A DNA stretch of 64,000 bases, taken from positions 21,280 through 85,279 of IMG/VR virus record IMGVR_UViG_2923649072_000003; one strand, written 5' to 3'. This DNA comes from a virus. Taxonomy: Duplodnaviria; Caudoviricetes. The position numbers and the translations under genes were made by a program. Under the pieces are notes generated by a model. It was not told the DNA's origin, searched no databases, and was given only the letters and a program-made list of their open reading frames with translations. This document shows positions 1 through 9,557 of the stretch, piece after piece. The number at the start of each line of letters is the position of its first letter. The first letter of the stretch is position 1.

Positions 1-2
1 TC

Positions 3-179
3 GCGATCTTCGCCAAGTATCAGCCGCAAGGATCGAACGTTTCCGCCGAGCACGACGAAATCTGGGCTGGCCCTGCCGAAGGGTACGGGCCCATCAGCAA
101 CGAGGACCAGGGCCGACTCCGCGAACTTGGGTGGACCCACGACGGAGACGACAGCTACGGCTGGCACCTCTACGTGTAG
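3..179 (+). CDS. Partial small phage-type hypothetical protein (5' end outside the window)
   Basis: Open frame AIFAKYQ...AEHDEIWAGP...RLRELGW...LYV* ending TAGTAA before a hairpin; not in the ORF track. Confidence 0.6.
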   Translation, partial: AIFAKYQPQGSNVSAEHDEIWAGPAEGYGPISNEDQGRLRELGWTHDGDDSYGWHLYV

Positions 180-189
180 TAAGCGCAGT

Positions 190-220
190 GACGCCCCGGC
201 AGGAGGGTTGCCGGGGCGTC
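190..220. terminator. Hairpin terminator between convergent genes
   Basis: 12-bp inverted repeat GACGCCCCGGCA/TGCCGGGGCGTC. Confidence 0.7.
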
Positions 221-233
221 CGTCTGTGTGCGT

Positions 234-512
234 TCAGGCGGTGCGCTGCAGGGGAATGTAGGCGAGCTGAGTGCCGGCCTGGGCGACGTACTCGCGGAAG
301 GTCTCGATGGGGACGACGTTGCGGCCGAGAGCGGCGACAACGACGCCCGTGTGGTGGCGGGTGATGAGCGCGTAGAGCGATCCGGCCTGGATGATGCGGT
401 GGCAGCCTGGGTCTTCTACGCCGGGCGGGACCGGGAGGGTGTGGAGCTTGGTGTCGCACCAGGGCTCGGTGTGCGTGGTCTCTCTGTCGTCGATGTCTGA
501 CGTCGCTGTCAT
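234..512 (-). CDS. Hypothetical protein
   Basis: ATG at 512 with GAGGGGG RBS; ends at the hairpin. Confidence 0.5.
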   Translation of the reverse strand: MTATSDIDDRETTHTEPWCDTKLHTLPVPPGVEDPGCHRIIQAGSLYALITRHHTGVVVAALGRNVVPIETFREYVAQAGTQLAYIPLQRTA

Positions 513-887
513 GGGTAGCAGCCCCCTCGTCGGCCGTGGTCCCGGCCCCTTGTGTCGTCGACCCTTCTCGGTGCCCGCTGGTGCCCGCATGCCCGCCATT
601 GTCACTCGGTGAGTGAGACATCCTGACCCGATACACGAGGGGATGCACGGGTGGTTACCCCCTCATTGCGGGAACGATCCAACATTTGAACACTCGGCCT
701 ACCGGCGGGTGCCACTCGGAGGTGCTACCCATCAGTCAAATGGATGGTGAATCGGTATTCATGTGGCCGATGGGGTTATGAGCTGATCGGCCACTCAGTA
801 TGCGGATTGCGCATCAGACAGGCCCTCATGGTCCGCCAATGCGCCAGGGGGAGACGCCAGAGGAGGTCGCACTCAAAGCTCGGATGC

Positions 888-1142
888 ATGGCCGACGACC
901 TGCGCTCGGCGGTCGCCAGCGCAGTACGCGCCAGGCGAACCCTTGCCGGCCTCACGCAGGGCCAGCTCGCCGGCGCCATGGGAGTCGACCAGGCCGTCAT
1001 CTCACGTATCGAAGCCGCGGTTCGTCCGATCCCACTCGGTGACGAACTGGTCAGGCTCTGCGAGCAGCTCGGCTGCACACTTCGGCAGCTCCTGGAAGAC
1101 GCAAACCCCGAACAGCGTCGCGCGCTAGGAATCCGCGACTAA
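888..1142 (+). CDS. XRE-family HTH regulator
   Basis: RARRTLAGLTQGQLAGAMGVDQAVISRIE HTH_3 pattern. Confidence 0.85.
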   Translation: MADDLRSAVASAVRARRTLAGLTQGQLAGAMGVDQAVISRIEAAVRPIPLGDELVRLCEQLGCTLRQLLEDANPEQRRALGIRD

Positions 1143-1414
1143 AGAGACGTGTCCTCGTACGGGGGGAGGCCGACAGCCTCACGATCGTCCGGGTCCAAGA
1201 GCTGCAGTAGCTGACGCAGCGGCCGGCCGAGCGCCCTGCAGACACCCGCGGCCTCTTCGAGCCTGATCGAGGCCTCGCCCATCTCGACGCGGGACACGTG
1301 CTTCTGGTCCCAGCCCTCGACACGTTCGGCGAGTTCGGCCTGAGATAGGCCGGCCGCGACTCGCCACATCTTCACGGCACGGCGGATGGCTAGGCGCCCG
1401 CTCGTGCTCGTCAC
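1139..1414 (-). CDS. XRE-family HTH regulator
   Basis: WRVAAGLSQAELAERVEGWDQKHVSRVEMGE HTH_3 pattern. Confidence 0.85.
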   Translation of the reverse strand: MTSTSGRLAIRRAVKMWRVAAGLSQAELAERVEGWDQKHVSRVEMGEASIRLEEAAGVCRALGRPLRQLLQLLDPDDREAVGLPPYEDTSL

Positions 1415-1534
1415 GCACCGACATTCACAGCGGCCGGGACATCTTGTCCCATTCGCTGTCTGCGGTAGACGCTTATGGTCTAGCGTACGAGGCAGATCGT
1501 CACAGAGCAGTCACCGGCCGTCGGGGGAGACGCC

Positions 1535-1819
1535 ATGGCAGCAGTGATCGGGATCATCGTCGTCGCGGCAGTCGTCTGCGTGCTGACCGTCAGATACCTC
1601 TGCCGCCGCTACAGGCCCGCACTCAAAGACGGCGAGGTGGACTACCACGGGGTGGCCGTGAAGATGCAGCCCCACCCTCGCCGGCCCGACGCGCTGCATG
1701 TGTTCACCAGGACCGCCAGTGACGCGCGCCGCGTACATGCTCGGCTCACCCGGGACCCAGGCATCGCGTCCGCCCAGATCATCGGCCCGGACCAGCGCAC
1801 CATCTTCATCACCCACTAG
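1535..1819 (+). CDS. Membrane-anchored hypothetical protein
   Basis: GGGGAG RBS; N-terminal hydrophobic helix. Confidence 0.65.
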   Translation: MAAVIGIIVVAAVVCVLTVRYLCRRYRPALKDGEVDYHGVAVKMQPHPRRPDALHVFTRTASDARRVHARLTRDPGIASAQIIGPDQRTIFITH

Positions 1820-1822
1820 TCG

Positions 1823-1933
1823 ACCCCACCCCTGACGTCCCCTCGCCTGGGGTGGGGTGCCGCACCCGGTGCACTGCGGGACCGGGTGCGACGAGGGCCC
1901 CTGACCGCTGCGGCGAGACGGTCAGGGGCCCTC
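1823..1933. repeat. Three tandem perfect stem-loops
   Basis: Arms 1823-1832/1849-1858, 1861-1870/1881-1890, 1893-1907/1919-1933. Confidence 0.85.
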
Positions 1934-1953
1934 ACCCTCTTGGAGGCATCATC

Positions 1954-2181
1954 ATGGTCGAGTTGCACGGCGGTCTCGCGGACGGACTGTGCTGTGGTGG
2001 GATCCCCTGGGGATGGCCGTGCGTGTGGATCACCGTCGACCGTGGCGTGGCCCTTGCGCTGCTCGATGCGCAGCGGTGGCCCGGGATGCTCGTCACCGAC
2101 CCTGAGGTGCAGTGGACGATGTACGTGCCGCAGCGGCGGGGAGTGTGGCGGGCTCTCGGGGAGCGAAGCCCGTGGCGCTAG
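1954..2181 (+). CDS. Hypothetical protein
   Basis: GGAGG RBS before MVELHGGLADG. Confidence 0.55.
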   Translation: MVELHGGLADGLCCGGIPWGWPCVWITVDRGVALALLDAQRWPGMLVTDPEVQWTMYVPQRRGVWRALGERSPWR

Positions 2182-2267
2182 TCGGGCTGAACGCAGTAGG
2201 CCCCGCCATCGGCTCTACCCCGTGATCAGCGAGGTCGGCGAGCGAACGGCGGGGCCTGTCAGTGAGG

Positions 2268-2609
2268 CTACTCGCCGCGCTGCTCGAGCTCGGCGATGCG
2301 GCGCTTCAGCTCCGGGATCTCAGCGAGCTGCTCGGTGACCTGATCCCGCCAGGCCTGCCATCCGACAGGATCGGGCGGGATAGGGAGCGCGAAGTAGCCT
2401 GCCCCGCGACGCCTCTCAATGACGCCCTCGACGGCGAGTGCCTCCATTGCGTCCTTGATGACCTGTACGCCGACGCCCTGCTTGGCCCATTGGCTCTGGC
2501 TGGGCAGTTGCTCGCCCGGCTTGATTTCGCCTGCTGCGATGCGGCGCCTGAGGTCGTCGGCGATCTCTCTCCACTGGGCTGGCACGTGCTCATGATGCCC
2601 GACCATCAC
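2268..2609 (-). CDS. GntR-family winged-HTH regulator (KorSA/KorA-like context); start uncertain
   Basis: WREIADDLRRRIAAGEIKPGEQLPS...LAVEGVIERRRGAGYF. Confidence 0.85.
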   Translation of the reverse strand: MMVGHHEHVPAQWREIADDLRRRIAAGEIKPGEQLPSQSQWAKQGVGVQVIKDAMEALAVEGVIERRRGAGYFALPIPPDPVGWQAWRDQVTEQLAEIPELKRRIAELEQRGE

Positions 2610-2649
2610 TCGCTCGGAGCAGGCAACTGAAGTTACCTCCCCGTTCGAC

Positions 2650-2684
2650 TTGACCTAGGTCTTGCCTAGGTCTCTACTTAGGTT
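2650..2684. promoter_or_regulatory. Divergent promoter region with three TAGGT-core repeats (putative operators)
   Basis: GACCTAGGTC palindrome, GCCTAGGTC and ACTTAGGTT at 11-12 bp spacing. Confidence 0.55.
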
Positions 2685-2686
2685 CC

Positions 2687-2887
2687 ATGAAGGAACGGAG
2701 CAATGGGAGCAGGTTCCTGACGACAGGTCAGGTCGCCGACCTCCTGGGGCTCTCCCGCTGGACCATCCGCCGCAAGTGCGAGGCAGGCGACTACAAGGGC
2801 GCCGACCGTCCCGCCGGACCCACCGGCCAATGGCGCATTCCCGCCGCGGCGATCCAGCACGACGACCCACGGAAGGAACCGTCATGA
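2687..2887 (+). CDS. Excisionase-like HTH_17 DNA-binding protein
   Basis: FLTTGQVADLLGLSRWTIRRKC...GQWRIP. Confidence 0.8.
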   Translation: MKERSNGSRFLTTGQVADLLGLSRWTIRRKCEAGDYKGADRPAGPTGQWRIPAAAIQHDDPRKEPS

Positions 2888-3042
2888 CCGCCACCGCCAC
2901 CCGCCGGAAGCCCCGCGTCGCAGGCCATCCCAAGTGCCCGATCGGATGCCCCGACTGTCACCTCCCCATCAAGGGAAAGACCCGACGGGAACGGGACTTC
3001 TTCATTGGCGTCCATCGGGGCATGCACCACGGCGTTCGCTAA
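2884..3042 (+). CDS. Small Cys/His-rich protein
   Basis: ATGA overlap; CPDC...HRGMHH. Confidence 0.5.
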   Translation: MTATATRRKPRVAGHPKCPIGCPDCHLPIKGKTRRERDFFIGVHRGMHHGVR

Positions 3043-3071
3043 CCGAAACCACAGCATCCACGGGGGAAACG

Positions 3072-3236
3072 ATGATGCTCGCCGTACGAGAGACCTACAC
3101 CGGAGTCGCCCGCGAATGGCGGATCCTGCGCTCCGGCAATGAAGTCCGCACCGAACACATGACCCGCGAACAGGTCAACGACCTCCTGCGGGACCTCAAC
3201 CAGATCGACGACTGTTACTCGGCGGAGGCGGCCTGA
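3072..3236 (+). CDS. Hypothetical protein
   Basis: GGGGGA RBS; coupled to the next gene. Confidence 0.5.
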   Translation: MMLAVRETYTGVAREWRILRSGNEVRTEHMTREQVNDLLRDLNQIDDCYSAEAA

Positions 3237-3517
3237 TGGCGAATCTCAGCGAACACGTCACCGCGATGACGGGCGACAACGACATCCCCAGCATCCGTGA
3301 ACGGCGCCAGTTCCCGTGGCGCCGGGCCGTCCACTGGCTCGGGTGGGGGATCTTCCTTCCCGGCATGTGGTTCGTGATGACCGGATTCCTCGATGTCCTC
3401 TCAAGTGGAGCGGGTCTTCCCGTCTCTGCTCCTGACCCGACGACCTTCGCGGTGCGCCAGATCGCGGGAATTGCTGCAGTGGGCCTTGGCTCGCTGATGT
3501 GGGAGAAGCGGCCGTGA
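3236..3517 (+). CDS. Two-TM membrane protein
   Basis: Two hydrophobic segments; translational coupling. Confidence 0.6.
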   Translation: MANLSEHVTAMTGDNDIPSIRERRQFPWRRAVHWLGWGIFLPGMWFVMTGFLDVLSSGAGLPVSAPDPTTFAVRQIAGIAAVGLGSLMWEKRP

Positions 3518-3657
3518 GTGACGACCGATGCTGTCAGGCCTGCGGACATCGCAAGTCCGACGTGCAGCCCAGGAACGTGCCTGCCAAGGGTGGGTGGCCG
3601 GCCGTGCGAGATGCGCTGCTGTGCGGTGGGTGCGCGAAGGATCTGGGGGCGTCGTGA
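3514..3657 (+). CDS. Small zinc-finger protein (not in the ORF track)
   Basis: MSDDRCCQACGH...LLCGGCAKDLGAS; GTGA overlaps at both ends. Confidence 0.6.
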   Translation: MSDDRCCQACGHRKSDVQPRNVPAKGGWPAVRDALLCGGCAKDLGAS

Positions 3658-3797
3658 ACGTCCTGATCTACGTGCTTGCCGCAGTCGGGGTGCTGACTCT
3701 GTCGGCCATCGTCACCGGTGATCCGCTGTGGATCCCGTCCCACGTCGGGGTGGTCGTGGCGCACCTGGCGGACGCGATCGAAAGTCTCTTCAAGTAG
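3654..3797 (+). CDS. Small membrane protein
   Basis: GTG start overlapping the previous stop; hydrophobic N-terminus. Confidence 0.5.
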   Translation: MNVLIYVLAAVGVLTLSAIVTGDPLWIPSHVGVVVAHLADAIESLFK

Positions 3798-3832
3798 TCC
3801 TCCGGCAAGAAGGAGGCGTTCAGTGTCATCCG

Positions 3833-3861
3833 AGTTGCCAGACCGCTGGCAATTAGCAGAG
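3833..3861. promoter_or_regulatory. Putative operator upstream of the MPF operon
   Basis: CCGCTGGCAATTAGCAGAG matches the reverse complement of 11368-11386 at 18/19. Confidence 0.6.
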
Positions 3862-3870
3862 GAGTCCGTA

Positions 3871-4146
3871 ATGCACGCAGTTCACCAGGGCGCAGTCTGG
3901 CTCGCCAGCGAGACCGACGGTCCGTCCTTCAACTCGAACGGCCTCGTCGAGTGGGGCGTCCAGAACATCATCCCTCTGGTTCTGCTTGTCATCGGTATCG
4001 GCATCATTGCCAGCGCCCGCAAGGGGGCGATGAAGGACAACGCGAACACGGTGACGAACGTGATCATTGGGCTCTGTGTCATCGCCGGAGCAGCCGTGCT
4101 CTACGGGTTCGCTGGCCAGCTTACTGACCTGATGTTCTCCGCCTGA
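3871..4146 (+). CDS. VirB2/TcpD-like small two-TM conjugation protein
   Basis: GAGGAG RBS; two TM helices with basic linker ARKG; first gene of the MPF operon. Confidence 0.6.
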   Translation: MHAVHQGAVWLASETDGPSFNSNGLVEWGVQNIIPLVLLVIGIGIIASARKGAMKDNANTVTNVIIGLCVIAGAAVLYGFAGQLTDLMFSA

Positions 4147-4502
4147 TGAGGTCCCGCCCCGATGACCTGATTTACCAGGCGGACACGGTCTGGCTCGGGC
4201 CCCAAGGCATGACGTGGCCCTGGGTGGCTCGCTACAAGGCGTACGGCGTCTGGCTCCTGACCTTCCTCGGGATCCTCCTCGTCGAGGCCATCACCCCCTT
4301 GAAGGTCGGTATCCCTCCCGTCTGGGAGCTGTGCATCTCGATCCTCGCCACGTACGCCGTGATGAGCCTCGTCACCCACGAACGCCCCCTGTCGAGCCTG
4401 TGGCGCGTCCTGCTCGCGGAGGTGAAAACCCCTCGAGCGCAGCGTGTACGCCGGTCCCGCCCCGTGGACCGCTCCCTGAAAATCGTCCGGAAGGCACCCT
4501 GA
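4146..4502 (+). CDS. VirB3/TcpE-like membrane protein
   Basis: Two TM helices; directly upstream of the VirB4-like ATPase. Confidence 0.6.
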   Translation: MRSRPDDLIYQADTVWLGPQGMTWPWVARYKAYGVWLLTFLGILLVEAITPLKVGIPPVWELCISILATYAVMSLVTHERPLSSLWRVLLAEVKTPRAQRVRRSRPVDRSLKIVRKAP

Positions 4503-7162
4503 TGTTCCGCAAGAACAAACCCGCAGGCGAGGTGATGCCCAAGTCGCCGCTCGCCGCTTCCATGATCGACGGTCACATCGTCTACACCGGATCCGACGTG
4601 TGGGCGTGGCACGAGATCCCCACCCAGCGGTGGGCGTTCCGTGCCGACGGTGAGCGCCTGAACCTGATCCTCGACATCGCCTCCCGGACCGCCGCATTGC
4701 AGGGACGGCAGATCCGCATGCGGGTCACAGCTCAGCCCCTCGACGCCGCACGGTGGGCCGACACTCTCGGCGGGGAACTGACACCGGCCCCGCTGCCTGG
4801 GTACGGCGAGCATCTCGCCACGGTCCGCGACCACCTCTCCGAGGGGGTCGGTGCGCTCAAGCGCGCCTACATCGGCGTTCGGCTCACGGCCCGCCAGGGC
4901 GGCGGGCCGGTGAACGCGGCGTTCGACAAGGTGATGGGCCGGGCATCGCAGGGCCTCGAGAAGAAGGTCCGCGACGACGCGGCCATCGTCGCGGAAACCC
5001 TGGCCGGGGTGGGTATCGAGGCTGAGCCGGCGAGCGCGGCTTCGATGGAGTGGCTGATGCGTCGCTCTATCGAGCTGGGTATGCCCGCCCCGCAGGAACT
5101 CTCTCCGAGCGAGGCCGAGGGGCGCTGGGACTCCGGGGACCTGCACGAGCTGACCGAGAACGTCTCCCACGAGGCGGGCATGCTGTCCGACGAGGTGAAG
5201 GTGATCGGGCGTGGCCGGCTCGCCGGTCTCGAGCGGTGGGTGTCCGTGCTGACGGTGGGGCGGGTCGATCAGATCGAGATCCCGGACCCGGCGCACGTGC
5301 CGTGGCTCGCCGAGACCGACCGGCTCCCCTTCCCCGTCGAGTGGTCGATGAACCTGACCGTCCTGGACGGCGATCAGGCGAAGAAGGCCGTGCAGCGCAA
5401 GCTCCTCGTCATCCGGGACATGCAGAAGCACTACGCGGAGCACGGCCTGGACGAGCCGCTCGCCCTTGAGCGGCAGGTCGAGCAGGCCCGGCAGGTCGAG
5501 GACGAGATGACGACGGGCCGCGACGTTCAGGCGACCCGCGTGCACGGCTGGTACCGGGTGGCCGTGTGGGGTGAGACCCGAGAGGAGTGCCGTGAGCGCG
5601 CCCGGATCCTGATCGACCGGTACCGCAAGCGTCAGGTCACGATCGCGCGGCCGAAGGGCCAGTGGGGGCTGCTGCGTGAGTTCATCCCGGGTGAGCCGCT
5701 GTCGGACGCCGCGTACCAGCGGCGGCTCCCGGCCCTGTACTTCGCCGCCGGGGTCCCGCAGACCGCGTCGGCTCTCGGTGACGGCCGCGGCCCGTACATC
5801 GGTCACACGACGGGCGCCGGCCACCAGGCCGTCAACTTCGACACGCACTTCTCCACGGAGGTCCGGGAGACCTCAGGTCTCGTACCGATCGTCGGTGGCC
5901 TCGGGGCCGGCAAGTCGGTCCTCGCGGGGCTCATCACCTATGAGGCCGTGCGTCGCGGTGTTACGTCCGTGATGCTCGACCCGTCCGGGCCTCTCGCGGC
6001 ACTGACGAAGCTCCCCGAGCTGCAGGAACACTCGCGGCACATCGACCTGATGGCCGCCCCGGCGGGCACACTGAACCCGTACGCGGTCGTCGCGCAGCCG
6101 CGGTCGGTCGACTACTTCGGCCGGCCCGACGAGCTGGAGGAGGCCCGGACGCTCGCGGCGCAGGACCGCAAGCTCCTCGCGATCGACGTGGCGACCATGC
6201 TGCTGCCCGCCGACCTGGCGACACAGGGCCGCGCCCGGCTCCTGATCACCGAGGCGGTGCGCTCGACTCGGGGCCTGCCGACGGCGTCGCTGTGGCAGGT
6301 CGTGAAGTACCTCGAGCAGGAGAGCGACGGCAAGGACATTGCCGCGTACATGCGGGACATGGCCGAGATGCCGATGGCCCGCCTGTTCTTCCCCAATGAG
6401 GGAGACGGCCAGGCGCAGAACGACGACTCGGACGAGGCGAAGCTGACGGTCCTCACGATGGCGGGTCTGGTTCTCCCGCCGAGCTCGGTCCCGCGCGAGC
6501 ACTGGTCGACGACCGAGCAGCTCGCGGTGCCGCTGCTGCACCTCGCGTCCTGGTACGCGACTCGCACGATCTACGGCCGGCCCCGGGACGAACGCAAGCT
6601 CGTGGCCCTCGACGAGACCCACTTCCTCGGCGAATGGGGTGCGGGCCGGGCGCTGTTCAACCGACTCGGCCGTGACTCCCGGAAGTGGAACACGTGCGTT
6701 CTGGCCGCGTCGCAGAACCCGGCGGACGTGCTGGGCATGGAGGTGTCGAACTTCGTGTCGGCAGCGTTCGTGGGTCGGATCCAGGACGAGAAGGTCGCGG
6801 AGGATGCTCTGCGGCTGCTGAACGTCCCGGTCGGTGACGGGTACGAGGGTGCGCTTGCTCGGTTGTCGCCCCGGTCGATGTCGGGTCAGCGGTCGGGTGT
6901 GCGCGAGTTCGTGATGCGTGACGTCGATGGGCGCGTGGACAAGATGCGCGTCGACCTGGATCACCTGCCGAGTCTGCTGGCTGCGCTCGACACAACTGCG
7001 GCGCCAAGTTTGCCGCGACCGGAGCCGGCAGCCGACCACCATGCGGCCACGATCGAAAGCTTTGAGGAGCGGACCATTCGGCTGCCACAGCCGGCGCGGA
7101 CGCGCCGGGCGATGCCAGCCGCAGTGGATAACGTCACCGCCGGGCTGGGCGGTGGCCAGTGA
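4502..7162 (+). CDS. VirB4/TcpF/ConE-like conjugation ATPase
   Basis: Walker A GGLGAGKS, LDPSG, Walker B LVALDETH, RDSRKWN, ASQNP; real start MFRKNK at 4502. Confidence 0.9.
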   Translation: MFRKNKPAGEVMPKSPLAASMIDGHIVYTGSDVWAWHEIPTQRWAFRADGERLNLILDIASRTAALQGRQIRMRVTAQPLDAARWADTLGGELTPAPLPGYGEHLATVRDHLSEGVGALKRAYIGVRLTARQGGGPVNAAFDKVMGRASQGLEKKVRDDAAIVAETLAGVGIEAEPASAASMEWLMRRSIELGMPAPQELSPSEAEGRWDSGDLHELTENVSHEAGMLSDEVKVIGRGRLAGLERWVSVLTVGRVDQIEIPDPAHVPWLAETDRLPFPVEWSMNLTVLDGDQAKKAVQRKLLVIRDMQKHYAEHGLDEPLALERQVEQARQVEDEMTTGRDVQATRVHGWYRVAVWGETREECRERARILIDRYRKRQVTIARPKGQWGLLREFIPGEPLSDAAYQRRLPALYFAAGVPQTASALGDGRGPYIGHTTGAGHQAVNFDTHFSTEVRETSGLVPIVGGLGAGKSVLAGLITYEAVRRGVTSVMLDPSGPLAALTKLPELQEHSRHIDLMAAPAGTLNPYAVVAQPRSVDYFGRPDELEEARTLAAQDRKLLAIDVATMLLPADLATQGRARLLITEAVRSTRGLPTASLWQVVKYLEQESDGKDIAAYMRDMAEMPMARLFFPNEGDGQAQNDDSDEAKLTVLTMAGLVLPPSSVPREHWSTTEQLAVPLLHLASWYATRTIYGRPRDERKLVALDETHFLGEWGAGRALFNRLGRDSRKWNTCVLAASQNPADVLGMEVSNFVSAAFVGRIQDEKVAEDALRLLNVPVGDGYEGALARLSPRSMSGQRSGVREFVMRDVDGRVDKMRVDLDHLPSLLAALDTTAAPSLPRPEPAADHHAATIESFEERTIRLPQPARTRRAMPAAVDNVTAGLGGGQ

Positions 7163-9078
7163 TGCGGCGGGTACTGGCGGCCCTTCTGCTGGCGGTCGTT
7201 GCGCTGGTCGGTCTTGCTGGCTCGGCGGCGGCGAAAGATGGCCCAGACGTCCCGGACCCGACGAACCCGAACTGCTGGCTGTCTCCCAAGCCCGACTGCT
7301 CCGGCACGACCGACAACCTGGTCTCGGACGTCGCGGACTGCAAGGACGCCCCGGACCCCGAGGTGCCCGGCCGAGGCATCACGGGCTTCTTCACCCACAA
7401 GCCCGACAAGCTCCCAGCGGACGAAGACCCGTTCGCTGATGGTGCCCGCGTGTCGATCTACCAGGTGTACGGGTACGCAGGCCTGCGGTTCAACACGTAC
7501 GACCTGGGCTGCGGTGGCGACATCGTTCGTAACCCCGACGCCGTGGTTGGTAACGCCATAGCGAACTGGATTTTCCAGGTTCCTAAGTCGGTGATCTCGG
7601 CGACCGCGGCGCTGGCCGGCGCCGCGTTGCAGCCGGAGTTCCTGACCGCGTTCAACCCGCTCGTTCAGAATGTCGTGGACGCGCTGCACGCGGCACTGTT
7701 CTTGAAGTGGGGGTGGATCGCGGTCGCTCTCACCGGCGGCATGCTGATCTACAACTCGCGGAAGCAGGCACTCTCGTCGTCGGCAGGCATGGTCGGCTGG
7801 GTGCTCCTGGTCATGATCGTGGTGTCCGCCGTGCTCCGCTGGCCGCTCGCGGCGGGTGAAGCTGCGGACAAGACGTCGGCTGCGGTGCTCACGTCCGTGT
7901 CGTCCGGGATCACGGGCACCGACCCTGCGATGGCGTCGAGCCCGGGTGAGTCTGGCGCTTCGCTGATGCACGAGTCGGTGCTGTATGACTCTTGGCTGTC
8001 TGGCACTTTCGGCAGCAGCGACTCGAAGACCGCTAGGGAGTATGGGCCGAAGATCTTCGCGGCGACTGCGCTGACGTGGCGTGAGGCTGCGGTTCTCGAG
8101 CAGGACCCTGATGAGGGCAAGAAGATCATCGAGGAGAAGAAGGAAGCCTTCAAGGAGCTCGCCGACCGGCTGAAGGAAGAAGACCCCGACGCGTACGCGA
8201 ACCTCTCCGGGAAGCGATCCGACACCCGGGTCGGGTTCACATTTCTCGCGCTGGCCGCCGCGTTCTGCCTTGTCCCGTTCCTCTTCATGGCCGCGCTCCT
8301 CGTCATCGGGGCGCTGATCATCATCCGCGTCGGCGTCATGGTCACACCCGGCCTCGCGACCCTCGCCCTCTTCCACCAGGCCCGGGGAATCCTCATCGGG
8401 ATCGGCAGCACCATGGCCGCCGCGATGGTCAACAGCCTCGTCTTCGGGTCCATGTCGAGCGTCTTCATCCTCGCAATGGGACAGCTCATGGTCTCCGATG
8501 GCATCCCCGGCTGGCTGCGGATCATCCTCATGCTCTTGCTGACCGTGGTGTTCTGGGTGGCTCTGCGGCCTTTCCGGAAGTTGACGCGAATGGTGTCGGC
8601 ATCCAGCCTGCAGAGCACGTTCCGGGACGCCGCAGGCTCACCTCTGGCCGAGGCGAAGAAGGGCGCGAAGACCGTCGGGAAGATCGCGACCACAGCTGCC
8701 GGGGTGTTCGCCGGGGCTCGGCTCGACGCTGCCGTCGGTGACCTGAAGTCGGAGCCGAAGAAGCGCGCAGAGGCCGACCCCGACGTCACCGTTGAGGTCC
8801 GGGACCTGCCGGCATCCCCGCCACCGCCCCGCCGCCGGGCGATCGAGGCGCCGCCGAAGCCGCAGCTGCCCGGTCCGCCGAGCGGGAATCCGTCGCCCAT
8901 GGGGCCCGGGCCGACCCCGCCCGCACTCCCTCCGGCCGCGGCGCCCGAGCCGCCGGACTCTCCCGCCCCGGTCAGGAAGATCGTGACCCGCCCCGGCGAC
9001 GACGGACAGCCCCTGGAAGGCGTCGTCATCCCGCCGTCGTGGATGCCGCCGGTCCGCTACGAGATGGAGGACGCGTGA
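7159..9078 (+). CDS. VirB6/TcpH-like polytopic membrane protein with Pro-rich tail
   Basis: Signal-like N-terminus, many TM helices, follows VirB4. Confidence 0.75.
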   Translation: MMRRVLAALLLAVVALVGLAGSAAAKDGPDVPDPTNPNCWLSPKPDCSGTTDNLVSDVADCKDAPDPEVPGRGITGFFTHKPDKLPADEDPFADGARVSIYQVYGYAGLRFNTYDLGCGGDIVRNPDAVVGNAIANWIFQVPKSVISATAALAGAALQPEFLTAFNPLVQNVVDALHAALFLKWGWIAVALTGGMLIYNSRKQALSSSAGMVGWVLLVMIVVSAVLRWPLAAGEAADKTSAAVLTSVSSGITGTDPAMASSPGESGASLMHESVLYDSWLSGTFGSSDSKTAREYGPKIFAATALTWREAAVLEQDPDEGKKIIEEKKEAFKELADRLKEEDPDAYANLSGKRSDTRVGFTFLALAAAFCLVPFLFMAALLVIGALIIIRVGVMVTPGLATLALFHQARGILIGIGSTMAAAMVNSLVFGSMSSVFILAMGQLMVSDGIPGWLRIILMLLLTVVFWVALRPFRKLTRMVSASSLQSTFRDAAGSPLAEAKKGAKTVGKIATTAAGVFAGARLDAAVGDLKSEPKKRAEADPDVTVEVRDLPASPPPPRRRAIEAPPKPQLPGPPSGNPSPMGPGPTPPALPPAAAPEPPDSPAPVRKIVTRPGDDGQPLEGVVIPPSWMPPVRYEMEDA

Positions 9079-9557
9079 TGAAGCTCCTGTTGCAGCACAA
9101 GTGGGCCGTGACCGTGGCGGTCATCGCAGCGATCGCGATCGTAGTGTCCGGTCGTTTCGGCGGGCGCGACCTGGCGCCGCCCGCCCCGACGTCTACGGCG
9201 CCGGCCGGTGCGTATACGGTCGACAGTCTCCTGTCGGTCAGCCGGGCCGCCGAAGCCGCGCAGAATTTCGTGCGCCTGTGGGCATTGCCCCTGCCTGGCG
9301 ACACGACCGAAACGTGGGAGGAGCGGCTCGATGGGCTCGTCACCCACGACCTCGGGCGCGGGCTGCAGGTCACCGACCTTGGCAACCTGCCGCGTCTCGG
9401 CCTGTCGAAGGCGACGCCGCCGGACGTGCGAGCGGTGTCGACGCGATCGGCGACGGTCGTCGTGACCCTGGAGGACGGCTCGGAGATTGCGTGCGAGGTC
9501 GTCATTTACGGGCCTGGATATGCGGTCGGCAGCTTCGCCGGGATCGACGGCGACTGA
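9075..9557 (+). CDS. VirB8/TcpC-like bitopic protein
   Basis: N-terminal TM, AAQNFVRLW...WEERL, beta-rich C-terminus consistent with an NTF2-like fold. Confidence 0.55.
   Translation: MMKLLLQHKWAVTVAVIAAIAIVVSGRFGGRDLAPPAPTSTAPAGAYTVDSLLSVSRAAEAAQNFVRLWALPLPGDTTETWEERLDGLVTHDLGRGLQVTDLGNLPRLGLSKATPPDVRAVSTRSATVVVTLEDGSEIACEVVIYGPGYAVGSFAGIDGD

Noticed and set aside
720-815. Short dyads upstream of the XRE gene (GTGGCCGAT/ATCGGCCAC)
   Set aside because: Single short inverted repeat with no second copy found; insufficient support
4232-9029. Long antisense ORFs (538, 389, 471, 426 aa) opposite the MPF genes, and similar ones opposite sheath, capsid and portal
   Set aside because: Shadow ORFs expected in high-GC DNA; no motifs and fully overlapping well-supported genes
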